From the NCBI GenBank assembly GCA_035717865.1, contig DASTIE010000177.1, forward strand, positions 547 to 64,546: DNA of 64,000 bases, written 5' to 3'. Within the stretch, counting starts at the first letter, position 1, and every line of letters begins with the position of its first letter. The notes beneath the pieces were generated by a model. The model ran no database searches, was not told the DNA's origin, and worked only from the letters and a program-made list of their open reading frames with translations. Positions 36,525 through 45,570 of the stretch are shown here, one piece after another. Position numbers and translations under genes: made by a program. This stretch comes from Candidatus Limnocylindrales bacterium. GTDB lineage: Bacteria; Chloroflexota; Limnocylindria; Limnocylindrales; CSP1-4.

Positions 36525-37332
36525 TTACCTTCGACGCTTCGGGCGAGGACGCGGCGCCTTCTCGCGGCCCGCGAGCGCCTCGACCTCCGGCGTCTTCAGC
36601 GCCCGGGCCCGGCCGGACGGCAGCGGCCCGAGCTTCACGGGCCCGATCCCGACCCGCACCAGCCGCACGATCGGTGCCTCGACCGCGCCGAACATCCGCC
36701 GCAGCTGCCGCTTCCAGCCCTGCGCGAGGACCGCGCGGTACCAGACGAGGGCCGGGTCCGGCGGCGGGTCGATCGTTGCCGCGACCTCATGGATCTGCTG
36801 TGGCGTCGCCGTCCGGATGGGGCCGGCGAGGCGCGCGAGCCCCTCCTCGAGGCGAATGCCCGCGTTCAGCGCACGGGCCTGCTCGCCGACGAGCGGCGCC
36901 GCGAGGGCCACCGCGTACTCGCGCTCGACGCCGAAGCGCGGATGGAGGATCCGCTCCGCCCAGTCGCCGTCGTTCGTGAGGAGGAGCAGACCCTCGGAGT
37001 CCAGGTCCAGCCGCCCGACCGGGTAGAGCCGGACGCCGTCGGGGGCGAGCGCGGTCGGGACGAGATCGAGGACGGTCGTGTCGGCGTGCCGATCGCGGGT
37101 CGTCGAGGTCACCCCGGCCGGCTTGTGGAGGGCCACGTACGCACGAGTCGCGTTGATGCCCACGAGTGACCCGTCGACCTCGATCCGCGATCGATCGGGG
37201 TCCACCTTCTGCCCGACGCTCGCCGGCTTGCCGTCCACGCGGACGCGGCCCTCCGCGACGAGCGCCTCCGACGCGCGACGCGACGCCACCCCCGCCGCCG
37301 CGAGGACCTTCTGGATCCGCTCCTCCGGCATG
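36525..37332 (-). CDS. rluB: 23S rRNA pseudouridine synthase (RluB family)
   Basis: S4 domain followed by the RsuA/RluB catalytic motif VGRLDLDSEGLLLLTNDG and a basic C-terminal tail. Start at MPEERIQ (37332). Confidence 0.85.
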
Positions 37333-37338
37333 CCCCGC

Positions 37339-38007
37339 TCAGGTGCCGGGCGTGGAGCCGTTGCCGGGGTCGTCCGGCGCGTCCTCGTCGAGCGCCAGCA
37401 GGAGCGCGCCACCCTCCTCCGCGAGGCGCGCCGCGACGTCGGCGTCCAGCGTCGGCAGGTCGTCGAGGGACTCCAGACCGAACCGCTCCAGGAACTCGAA
37501 CGCCGTCCCGTACAGGATCGGCCGACCGGGCGTGTTCGCGCGGCCGAGCTCCACCACGAGCCGGCGATGGAGCAGGCTGCGGACGGTGTGGTCCGAGTCG
37601 ACGCCGCGGATCCGCTCCACCGCGGCCTTCGTGACGGGCTGGCGGTAGGCGACGATCGCCAGCGTCTCGAGGGCCGCGGGCGACAGCCGCACCGCGTCCG
37701 TCCCGACGTACCGCGCGACGAGCGCGCCTGCCTCGGGGGCCGTCGCCAGCTCGACGCGGTCACCGGTGGCGAGGAGGCGGATTCCACGATCGCGGAGGGC
37801 GACCTCCAGGTCCCCGAGGCGCGCATCAACGGTGGCGGCGTCGACGCCGGCGATCGTCGCGATCTCGCGCCGGCTCAGCGGCTTCTCGGCGACGAACAGC
37901 AGCGCCTCCAGGCCGGCCTCGCTCAGCTCGCCGGGGGCGGGCCGCTCCCCCGGCGCCGCAGTGGCCGCCGCGGAGTCCACGTCAGCAAGCAGCTGCTCCT
38001 CGGTCAC
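37339..38007 (-). CDS. scpB: Segregation and condensation protein B
   Basis: ScpB winged-helix motifs (EALLFVAEKPLS, ETLAIVAYRQPVT). GTG start overlapping the scpA stop. Confidence 0.85.
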   Translation of the reverse strand: MTEEQLLADVDSAAATAAPGERPAPGELSEAGLEALLFVAEKPLSRREIATIAGVDAATVDARLGDLEVALRDRGIRLLATGDRVELATAPEAGALVARYVGTDAVRLSPAALETLAIVAYRQPVTKAAVERIRGVDSDHTVRSLLHRRLVVELGRANTPGRPILYGTAFEFLERFGLESLDDLPTLDADVAARLAEEGGALLLALDEDAPDDPGNGSTPGT

Positions 38008-38909
38008 GCGAACGACTCCAGCGACTCGTCGAGCGGCGCCTCGTCGGCCTCCGCCGCCAGTCCGGCCGCGAGCCGCTCCTCGGCCGTCGTGCGGCGGGCG
38101 GTGATCGGGCCGAAGGGCTCCTCCTGCTCGACAACGACCTCGCGGCGCTTCATGAGCTCGAGCATCGCGAGGAACGTGACCGCCACCACGACCTTGTCGC
38201 GCACGCCCTGCAGGAGGTCCTGCAGCACGATCGACGAGGCGCCTCTGAGCGCGAGCCGGATGATCGATGCGCGCTGGGTCAGCGTGATGGTCCGCGGGAC
38301 GACCTCCGGCGGCGGCTCGGGCTCCGGCAGCACGCGGACGAGCGAATCGAGCGACCGCACGAGCAGCCGCGGGTCCGCCGGGGCGGCGGTCGGCGCGGCG
38401 GTCGCGCCCGCGAGCCCCGAGGCGAGCGCCGCCGCGGGCTCCCGCCGGAACAGTCCGACCCGCTCGATCGCCCCGGCCTGGAGCGCGGCGCCGGCGTCGC
38501 GGAACGCCCGATACAGCAGCAGCCGCGCGCGCAGCTCGGCCTCGGGATCGAGGCCCTCGTCCTCCAGCGTGCCCTCGGGCAGCGCCGGTGGTCGCGGCAG
38601 CATCGCCCGGCTCTTGATGAGGATCAGCTGGCTCGCGACGGCCACGAACGCGCTGATCGTCGTCATGCGGTCGTGCTCGATCGTGGCGAGCGCCTCGAGA
38701 TAGGCCTCGGCGAGGCCGCCGAGGGGCACGTCCAGGACGTCCAGGCGGCGCGCCTCGATCAGCGACAGCAGCAGCCCCAGCGGGCCCTCCCACTCGGCGA
38801 TCCGGACGTGCGTGGCCCAGTCTCGCCCGCGACCCGGCTCGATCCGCACCGACGGGGCGCCGTCCAGCCCCAGCGCGAGCGTGCCCGCGCCCGCTGCCTG
38901 CTCCAGCAC
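38004..38909 (-). CDS. scpA: Segregation and condensation protein A
   Basis: EWEGPLGLLLSLIEARRLDVLDVPL kleisin N-terminus. Start chosen at the GTG at 38909, 2 nt after the upstream stop. The track ORF extends to 38978. Confidence 0.75.
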   Translation of the reverse strand: MLEQAAGAGTLALGLDGAPSVRIEPGRGRDWATHVRIAEWEGPLGLLLSLIEARRLDVLDVPLGGLAEAYLEALATIEHDRMTTISAFVAVASQLILIKSRAMLPRPPALPEGTLEDEGLDPEAELRARLLLYRAFRDAGAALQAGAIERVGLFRREPAAALASGLAGATAAPTAAPADPRLLVRSLDSLVRVLPEPEPPPEVVPRTITLTQRASIIRLALRGASSIVLQDLLQGVRDKVVVAVTFLAMLELMKRREVVVEQEEPFGPITARRTTAEERLAAGLAAEADEAPLDESLESFA

Positions 38910-38911
38910 CG

Positions 38912-39415
38912 TCAGCTGGCCTCGTCCGCGAGGCGGAGGCGCTCGCCCGCCTCGGGGTCGCGAGGCGCGTCCTGCCACCGGATCAGGTCCACCGTTCGCG
39001 GCGAGCAGCCGGCGGCCTCGGCGAGCCGCGCAGAGGTCTCAGCGTGTGCCACCAGTCGGTCGAGGGCGGACGCCATGCCCGGGATGCGTCGTGCGAGGCG
39101 GCCCGGCCAGCCCAGCCCTGCCTGGCCGAGCGAGTACAGGACCCGCGGAACGAGCCCCGTGTCGCCCTTGCCGGCGTCGTGGAGCAGGGCCGCGAGCAGC
39201 ACCTCGCCGTCCGTCTCGCCGGCGGCCCGGAGCGCCGCCATCACGTCGAGCCCGTGGCGCCGGTCGGCGACGTGCATGGCATCGAACACCGCGAGCTGCG
39301 CAGCCGTCAGGGACGCCGCGAGGGCGTGCCGCTCCTCCGCGGCCACTCGTGCCAGCAGGTGGCGCTTCGCCTGACGGATCTTGGTCGCCCACCAGCCCAC
39401 GGAGCCGGACTTCAC
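38912..39415 (-). CDS. HD-domain protein (hypothetical phosphohydrolase)
   Basis: An H..D dyad (HVADRRHGLD) is present, with LLHDAGK downstream. Confidence 0.5.
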   Translation of the reverse strand: MKSGSVGWWATKIRQAKRHLLARVAAEERHALAASLTAAQLAVFDAMHVADRRHGLDVMAALRAAGETDGEVLLAALLHDAGKGDTGLVPRVLYSLGQAGLGWPGRLARRIPGMASALDRLVAHAETSARLAEAAGCSPRTVDLIRWQDAPRDPEAGERLRLADEAS

Positions 39416-39422
39416 GCCGGCC

Positions 39423-40079
39423 TCACTGCCCGGTCAGGAGCCGGATGAGCGGGAACAGCACCTCGCTGACGACGATGCCAATCAGCGTGTTGCCCCCGAA
39501 GATCGGCAGGAACATCGCGGCAAGCAGGATCAGCAGGCCGTACTGCTCCAGGGTCGCCCGGACCTGCCAGCCCGTTCGCGGGTCGAGGAAGGCGTACAGC
39601 ACCTTGGAGCCGTCGAGGGGCGGGATCGGGATGAGGTTGAAGACCATCAGCAGGAGGTTGATCACGACCAGCAGCTGCAGGACGCCCGCGAGGAACGGCA
39701 CGTCCATGCCGGTCGCGTAGATGTACCGCAGCGGAATCGCCGCCGCGATCGCGATGACGAGGTTCGAGATGGGGCCGGCGACGGCGATGATCGCCTCGCC
39801 CCAGCGCCCGCCCTGGAGGTTCATCGGGTTGTAGGGCGTCGGCTTGGCCCAGCCGATGCCGAAGCCGGCGATCATCGAGACGGCGAGGATGATCGCGCCG
39901 GCGGGGTCGAAATGCGCCCGCGGATCGAGCGTCAGGCGGCCCATGAGCCGCGGCGTGCTGTCCCCGAGCCGGGTCGCGGCAAGCGCGTGCGCGAACTCGT
40001 GGACCGGGAATGCGACGAGCAGCATCACCGCGAGGACGATGGCGACCTCGAAGAGACGGCCGGTCGAGATATCGAACAT
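39423..40079 (-). CDS. Peptidase M50 (site-2 protease family) membrane metalloprotease
   Basis: HEFAH zinc motif within a TM helix; polytopic; LDGSKVL motif. Confidence 0.75.
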   Translation of the reverse strand: MFDISTGRLFEVAIVLAVMLLVAFPVHEFAHALAATRLGDSTPRLMGRLTLDPRAHFDPAGAIILAVSMIAGFGIGWAKPTPYNPMNLQGGRWGEAIIAVAGPISNLVIAIAAAIPLRYIYATGMDVPFLAGVLQLLVVINLLLMVFNLIPIPPLDGSKVLYAFLDPRTGWQVRATLEQYGLLILLAAMFLPIFGGNTLIGIVVSEVLFPLIRLLTGQ

Positions 40080-40113
40080 CAGGCGGGCTGCCGCTGGCGG
40101 TGCTCGGTCCCGG

Positions 40114-40869
40114 TCATAGCCGGGCGAGCAGGTCCTGCTTCTTGGCCTCGTAGTCCTCGGGGCTGATCGCGCCGCGATCGCGCAGGTCGGCGAGGTTGCC
40201 GAGGGCGCCCGTGATCTCGTCGGACGACATCTCGCGCCTCGCGGGGTCGACCGGCGCCGCGGGCTCGGCCGGCGCGGGCGGAGGTGTCGGCGCCGGGTCC
40301 ACCGACGTCGACTGCATCGGTGACGCGGCGCGAAGCGGCGGCGCGGGAATCTGGAAGGCCTCCTGCTCCAGCCGGTGCTTCTCCTCGAGCATGGTCCGCT
40401 TGAAGGTCTGCGCCTCGGACAGCATCCGGTAGCGATCGACCGACTGCTCGTTGGCGGTCAGGATGTCGAGGTCGCCGTAGCCGAGCATGCGCCCGAAGAC
40501 GCTCTGCTCGAGGACCGCGTCGTTGATCTTCTCGAGCGAGCTGTCCGCCGAGCGCTTCTTGAGGATGCCCTCGACCTTCATCACCCGGCGGTTCGTGATG
40601 ACGTAGTCCTGCGAGTACCAGGTCAGGTAGATCTGGGCCAGCCACGCCAGCCCGACCAGCAGCAGGATGAGGCCCGTCCAGCTGAAGAGCTGCCGCACGA
40701 TCGCCGGCGTATTGGGGGCGAGCTGCGTCACGAGCAGGGTGAGCACGAGCGCGGCGACGAAGATCGCCCAGGCGAGGCGGCCCTCGACCAGGGTCGCCAG
40801 CAGGTGCTGCCGACCCCGAAGGCGAACGCGTTCGCCGTCCGCCAGCAGCCTGTCCGCGTAGCGTGTCAA
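40114..40869 (-). CDS. Membrane protein with bacterial PH (YdbT-like) domain and C-terminal SHOCT motif
   Basis: Two TM helices followed by a PH-like domain and SPEDYEAKKQDLLARL. Confidence 0.55.
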   Translation of the reverse strand: MTRYADRLLADGERVRLRGRQHLLATLVEGRLAWAIFVAALVLTLLVTQLAPNTPAIVRQLFSWTGLILLLVGLAWLAQIYLTWYSQDYVITNRRVMKVEGILKKRSADSSLEKINDAVLEQSVFGRMLGYGDLDILTANEQSVDRYRMLSEAQTFKRTMLEEKHRLEQEAFQIPAPPLRAASPMQSTSVDPAPTPPPAPAEPAAPVDPARREMSSDEITGALGNLADLRDRGAISPEDYEAKKQDLLARL

Positions 40870-40881
40870 GCCTGTCCCTCC

Positions 40882-41826
40882 CTAGGCCCGGGGATGCGCC
40901 CGAGCATAGACCTCGCGGATCCGCTCACCCGTGACGTGGGTGTACAGCTGCGTCGTGCTGATGCTCGCATGTCCGAGCAATTCCTGAACGATGCGCAGGT
41001 CCGCGCCGCCCTCGAGGAGGTGGGTGGCGAAGGAGTGGCGGAGCGTGTGCGGCGAGACGCGGTCGTTCAGGCCGGCGGTCGCGGCTGCGCGCTTCACGAT
41101 CGCCCAGGCCTGCTGGCGCGCGAGGCGCCGCCCGGTGCGCCCAATGAACAGCGGACCGCCGCGGATCGGCGCGACGTGGTGCTGCTCGACGAGCGCCCCG
41201 CGGGGACCAGCAAGCCAGGCCCGGACGGCATCGATCGCGACCTCGCCGACGGGCACGAGGCGCTCTCGATCGCCTTTCCCGATCACCCGGACGAACGCGC
41301 CGTCGAGCGACAGGTCCTCGAGGTCCAGCCGCAGGGCCTCCGAGATCCGAAGCCCCGCGGCATACAGGAGCTCCAGGAGCGCGCGGTCCAGCAGGGCGTC
41401 CTCCGGCGGCGCCCCCAGCAGGCGCTCCGTCTCGGCCTGGGTCAAGGTCTCCGGCAGGAGGCGCGGCATGCGCGGCAGGTCCAGGTGGGCCGCCACGTCG
41501 ATCGGGATGAGGCCTTCCCCGAACGCGAACCGGTAGAACCCCTTGAGCGCGGCGGCGCGCCGGCGAAGGCTGGTCGGGGCGAGGCCGGGATCGTCGCGAC
41601 GGCCGCGTCTCGCACGAGCGGCGAGGTAGCGGAGCACCGCGTCAGGTCCCTCCGACCACCTGCGCGTGACACCGCTTGTGCCGGCGAAGTCAGCCAGATC
41701 CCCGCGGTAGGCGCGGATCGTCGCGGCGGCAAGGCCTCGCTCGACCGCGAGGAACGTGAGGTAGGCCTCGATGGCGCGATCGAGGTCCGAGGTTCCCGGG
41801 CGGCGTGGCGGCGGTGCGACGGCCAC
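40882..41826 (-). CDS. xerD: Tyrosine recombinase XerD
   Basis: The R..HxxR..Y catalytic set is present (RHSFATHLL, ELLGHASISTTQLYTHV). Located in the conserved scpAB context. Confidence 0.85.
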   Translation of the reverse strand: MAVAPPPRRPGTSDLDRAIEAYLTFLAVERGLAAATIRAYRGDLADFAGTSGVTRRWSEGPDAVLRYLAARARRGRRDDPGLAPTSLRRRAAALKGFYRFAFGEGLIPIDVAAHLDLPRMPRLLPETLTQAETERLLGAPPEDALLDRALLELLYAAGLRISEALRLDLEDLSLDGAFVRVIGKGDRERLVPVGEVAIDAVRAWLAGPRGALVEQHHVAPIRGGPLFIGRTGRRLARQQAWAIVKRAAATAGLNDRVSPHTLRHSFATHLLEGGADLRIVQELLGHASISTTQLYTHVTGERIREVYARAHPRA

Positions 41827-41858
41827 GGAAGCGAGATTCGCGCGTGCCCTGGCCGGTC

Positions 41859-43766
41859 TCAGACCGGGACGACGGGTACGACGGGGCGACCGCGCCAGGC
41901 CTCGGCGGCGTCGAGCAGCTCGCGCGCGGCGGCAAGGGCCGCTCCGGCGGCCGGTGGCGGCCCCGCCTCGGCGCTCGCCGCGGTGGCTTCGGCGGCGGCC
42001 TCCGCATCGAGGTCGCCGTCACCATCACCCTCTGGGCCGGGCCCAACGGCGATGAGGCCGCTGTTCGTGGTACCGCTCGGGTCGGGACCGCCGAGGGCGG
42101 GCCCGCCGCCCAGCATCGCGGCCAGCTCCACGATCCGCCCCTCGCGGTCCAGCTGCTCGACCTCCGTGACGGTTCGACCGTCCCGCTCGCGCTTGGCGAT
42201 GCGGAAATGGGCGTCGGCATGGGCTGCGATCTGCGGCAGGTGCGTGACCACCAGCACCTGGTGGTTGCGCGCGAGGGCCCACAGGCTCCGGCCCACGGGG
42301 TCGGCCGTGCGCCCGCCGATCCCGGCGTCGACCTCGTCGAAGACGAGCGTCGGGGTCTCGTCGGCCGCGGCGAGGACCTGCTTGATCGCCAGCGCGACGC
42401 GCGACAGCTCGCCGCCCGAGGCGATCTTCGCGAGCGAGCGCGCGGGCTCGCCGGGGTTCGGCGCGAACCGGAAGACCACCTCATCCGCCCCGGTCGGATC
42501 GAAGGCGACCGCATCGCCGTCCAGCTCGATCGCCGCCTCGTCCTTGTCCGCGGCGCGACGCCCCACCTCGACCGAAAACGCCCCGACACGGAAGCCGAGG
42601 CCTCGAAGGGCCTCGTCTGCCGCGACCCCCAGCGTGGCGGCCGCCGCCCGCCGCGCCCCGGAAAGCTCGGCGGCCGCGAACGACACTTCGGCCAGGAGCT
42701 TCGCGTCGTCCGCTTCACGCCGCCTGCGCTCGCCCTCCAGGCCCTCCAGGCGCTCGATCTCCGCCGCCGCCCGTTCGCCGTGCGCCAGGACCGCGGCCTC
42801 GTCCTCGCCGTAGCGCCGCTCCAGAGAGTAGATGCGGGACAGGCGCTCCTCCGCTGCGAGCACGGACGCCGCGTCATGGTCCAGGCCCTCTGCCAGCCGC
42901 CGCACGTCCGCGGCCGCGTCCTCGAGCTCCGCCTCCAGCCCGGCCAGCCGTGCGGCGACGTCCTCGAAGCGAGCGTCGATTCTCGCCACCGACCGCGCCT
43001 CGCTGACCGCGCTTGCCAACCCCTCGCGAACCCCCGTTCCTTCGCTCGCTCCGGTCCCCTCGCCGTCGAGGGCCGCGCGAATGGCCGCGGCGCCCCGCGA
43101 GATCGCCTCGCCATGGCGCGCCCGCTCCAGCAGCTCCCGCAGCTCCGCGGCCTCTCCGGCACGGAGGCGCGCGCCGCCGATCTCCTCGACCTCGTGCCGC
43201 AGCACCTCCAGCCGCCGCTCTACCTCCCGGGGCTCAAGGGCCACGTCCTCCAGCGCCGATCGGTTCTCGCGCCAGCGCTCCACCGCGCGCGACATGGCGA
43301 GCCGCAGCTCACGGTGGTCCCCGAAGGCATCGAGGAGCTCGCGCTGCCAGCGCTCGTCGAGCAGCCGCGACTGCTCGTGCTGCCCGTGGATCTCCACGAG
43401 CGGCCCGACAGCCTCCGCGAGCCGTGCCGCGGTGACCGCGCCGTCGTCCAGGCGAGCGGTCGAGCGCCCGCTCGCGCCGACCTCGCGCGCGGCGATGAGC
43501 GGCTCCGGCACGCGGTCGAAGAGCGCCTCAACGCGCGCGGCCTCGGCGCCGTGTCGCACAAGGGTCGTATCCGCGCGCGCGCCGAGGGCCAGGCCGAGCG
43601 CGTCGATGAGCAGGCTCTTCCCCGCCCCGGTCTCGCCCGTGAGCACGTTCAGGCCGGGCTCCAGCTGCAGCCGCAGCCGCTCGATCAGCGCGAGATCGCG
43701 AACGGACACCTCGAGCAGCCGGCCCACGCCGTCGCCCGCGACCATCGACTCCCCCGCCCCGCTCAC
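41859..43766 (-). CDS. recN: DNA repair protein RecN
   Basis: Walker A GETGAGKS, a long coiled-coil, and C-terminal signature GGELSRVALA. Start possibly at an internal Met. Confidence 0.85.
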   Translation of the reverse strand: MSGAGESMVAGDGVGRLLEVSVRDLALIERLRLQLEPGLNVLTGETGAGKSLLIDALGLALGARADTTLVRHGAEAARVEALFDRVPEPLIAAREVGASGRSTARLDDGAVTAARLAEAVGPLVEIHGQHEQSRLLDERWQRELLDAFGDHRELRLAMSRAVERWRENRSALEDVALEPREVERRLEVLRHEVEEIGGARLRAGEAAELRELLERARHGEAISRGAAAIRAALDGEGTGASEGTGVREGLASAVSEARSVARIDARFEDVAARLAGLEAELEDAAADVRRLAEGLDHDAASVLAAEERLSRIYSLERRYGEDEAAVLAHGERAAAEIERLEGLEGERRRREADDAKLLAEVSFAAAELSGARRAAAATLGVAADEALRGLGFRVGAFSVEVGRRAADKDEAAIELDGDAVAFDPTGADEVVFRFAPNPGEPARSLAKIASGGELSRVALAIKQVLAAADETPTLVFDEVDAGIGGRTADPVGRSLWALARNHQVLVVTHLPQIAAHADAHFRIAKRERDGRTVTEVEQLDREGRIVELAAMLGGGPALGGPDPSGTTNSGLIAVGPGPEGDGDGDLDAEAAAEATAASAEAGPPPAAGAALAAARELLDAAEAWRGRPVVPVVPV

Positions 43767-44614
43767 GACGGCAGCAGCTCGACCTTGCGGCGGACGAGGT
43801 CCCAGAACGGCAGCGAGCCCTCCGGCTCGACCAGCCGCACGGGCCGCTCGATCGCGCGCACCTCGACGATGTCGCCGACCCGGACCGGGATGTCCTCACG
43901 CCCGTCGACCGACACGAGCGCCTCGTGGGCATCGACGATCCGCGTCCGTACCACCGCCTCTGGGCCGACCACGACCGACCGAATCGTGGTGAGATAGCCG
44001 GCGATCGGGGTGACGACGAGGTTCCGCGCGGTCGGGCCCAGGATCGGGCCTCCGGCAGAGAAGGAGTAGCCGGTCGACCCGGTCGGGCTTGCGACGACGA
44101 GGCCATCGGCCACGAACGACGCGAGGTGGCTCTCGTCGATGCTCGTGTCGAGCCGCACGACGCGTGCCAGCGCGCCGCGTGCGACCACGATGTCGTTCAG
44201 GGCCACGAGCTGGTCGCCCGGCAGCGGGCTGCCGCCGCGGAGGATCCGGCCCTCCAGCGCCATCCGCGGCTCGAGGATGAACTCGCCCCCGAGCAACAGC
44301 TCGAGGACCTTCTCGAGATCCGTCGCCTCGACCTTCGAGAGGAAGCCGACCTTGCCGACGTTGATGCCGAGGAGCGGCACGTCGTCGCGCACGACGGCGC
44401 GCGCAGCGCGCAGGAACGTTCCATCGCCACCGAGAACGACGAGCACGTCCGTGTTCGGGAGCTCGCGATGCAGGTCCTCGCGATCCGCGGCGGGCTCGGC
44501 CCAGTGGTCGACGTCGTGACGCGCCGCCCAGGCCATCGCCCGGTCCTTCAGCTCGACCGCGGGCTCGCTCGTCGGGTTGAAGGCGAAGCCAACGCGCTTG
44601 ACGGCCGCGCTCAC
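43763..44614 (-). CDS. nadK: NAD kinase
   Basis: GGDGT motif (VVLGGDGTFL); NE/D short motif. GTG start overlapping the tlyA stop. Confidence 0.85.
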   Translation of the reverse strand: MSAAVKRVGFAFNPTSEPAVELKDRAMAWAARHDVDHWAEPAADREDLHRELPNTDVLVVLGGDGTFLRAARAVVRDDVPLLGINVGKVGFLSKVEATDLEKVLELLLGGEFILEPRMALEGRILRGGSPLPGDQLVALNDIVVARGALARVVRLDTSIDESHLASFVADGLVVASPTGSTGYSFSAGGPILGPTARNLVVTPIAGYLTTIRSVVVGPEAVVRTRIVDAHEALVSVDGREDIPVRVGDIVEVRAIERPVRLVEPEGSLPFWDLVRRKVELLPS

Positions 44615-45465
44615 GCCGCGAGCCCCTGGCCAACCGCGTCGAGCCGCCGCGCGATCGCTGCCTGGAGCGCCGCGGGCCGCTCGAGGTTCGCCGCCCGTCG
44701 CGCTGCCGGCGGCACCCGGAGATGCAGCAGGAACTCGCGGTTGCCCTCCGGTCCAAGGATGGGCGAGGCGATGGCGTCCAGCGGCTCCAGCCCCGCCGCG
44801 AGCGCCGCGCCGGCGACAACGTGGAGGACCCGGGTGTGGATCGCCGGGTCGCGGACAACGCCATCGCGGACCTCGCCGCGGCCGGCCTCGAACTGCGGCT
44901 TGACGAGCGGCACGATGTCGCCGCCGGCCTGCTCGAAGGTCGAGGCGATCGGTGCAAGGACGTGGCGGAGGGAGATGAACGAGACGTCGATGCTGGCCAG
45001 CGACACCCGCTCCGGGAGCGAATCCGGCGTGAGCGCGCGGGCGTTCGTCCGCTCCATCGAGATGATCCTCGAATCGCGCCGGAGTGTCTCCGCCAGCTGG
45101 CCGCGCCCGACGTCGACGGCGTAGACGCGGCGCGCGCCGCGCTGCAGCAGCACGTCCGTGAACCCGCCCGTCGAGGCGCCCGCATCGAGGCACACGCGAC
45201 CTGCCGGCTCGACGCCGAACGCGTCCAGCGCCGCCGCGAGCTTGTGGCCCCCGCGGCTGACGTACGGCTCCGGCGTCGCGACCTCCAGCGGGATATCCGG
45301 ATCCACCTGGTCGCCGGGCTTCCGATCGAATCTCGCCGCATCGCCGGCGCCCACCCGGACCTTGCCGGCAAGCAGCAGGGCCTGGGCACGGGAGCGCGAT
45401 TCGGCGAGCCCCCGCTCGACGATCAGCTGGTCCAGTCGAACCCGGGAGGTGCGCACGCCGCTCAC
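44611..45465 (-). CDS. tlyA: TlyA-family rRNA 2'-O-methyltransferase
   Basis: S4 domain followed by an FtsJ-like methyltransferase (LDAGASTGGFTD). Conserved tlyA-nadK-recN order. Confidence 0.85.
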   Translation of the reverse strand: MSGVRTSRVRLDQLIVERGLAESRSRAQALLLAGKVRVGAGDAARFDRKPGDQVDPDIPLEVATPEPYVSRGGHKLAAALDAFGVEPAGRVCLDAGASTGGFTDVLLQRGARRVYAVDVGRGQLAETLRRDSRIISMERTNARALTPDSLPERVSLASIDVSFISLRHVLAPIASTFEQAGGDIVPLVKPQFEAGRGEVRDGVVRDPAIHTRVLHVVAGAALAAGLEPLDAIASPILGPEGNREFLLHLRVPPAARRAANLERPAALQAAIARRLDAVGQGLAA

Positions 45466-45570
45466 CGGGCCATGGTCGCATATGCCACTTCACCCGGACT
45501 CACCGGTCGCCGGCGAATCGCTCCCTGCCTCGTATGTCCCGCGGCGTCTCCACCGCGGTGGCCCGCGCTG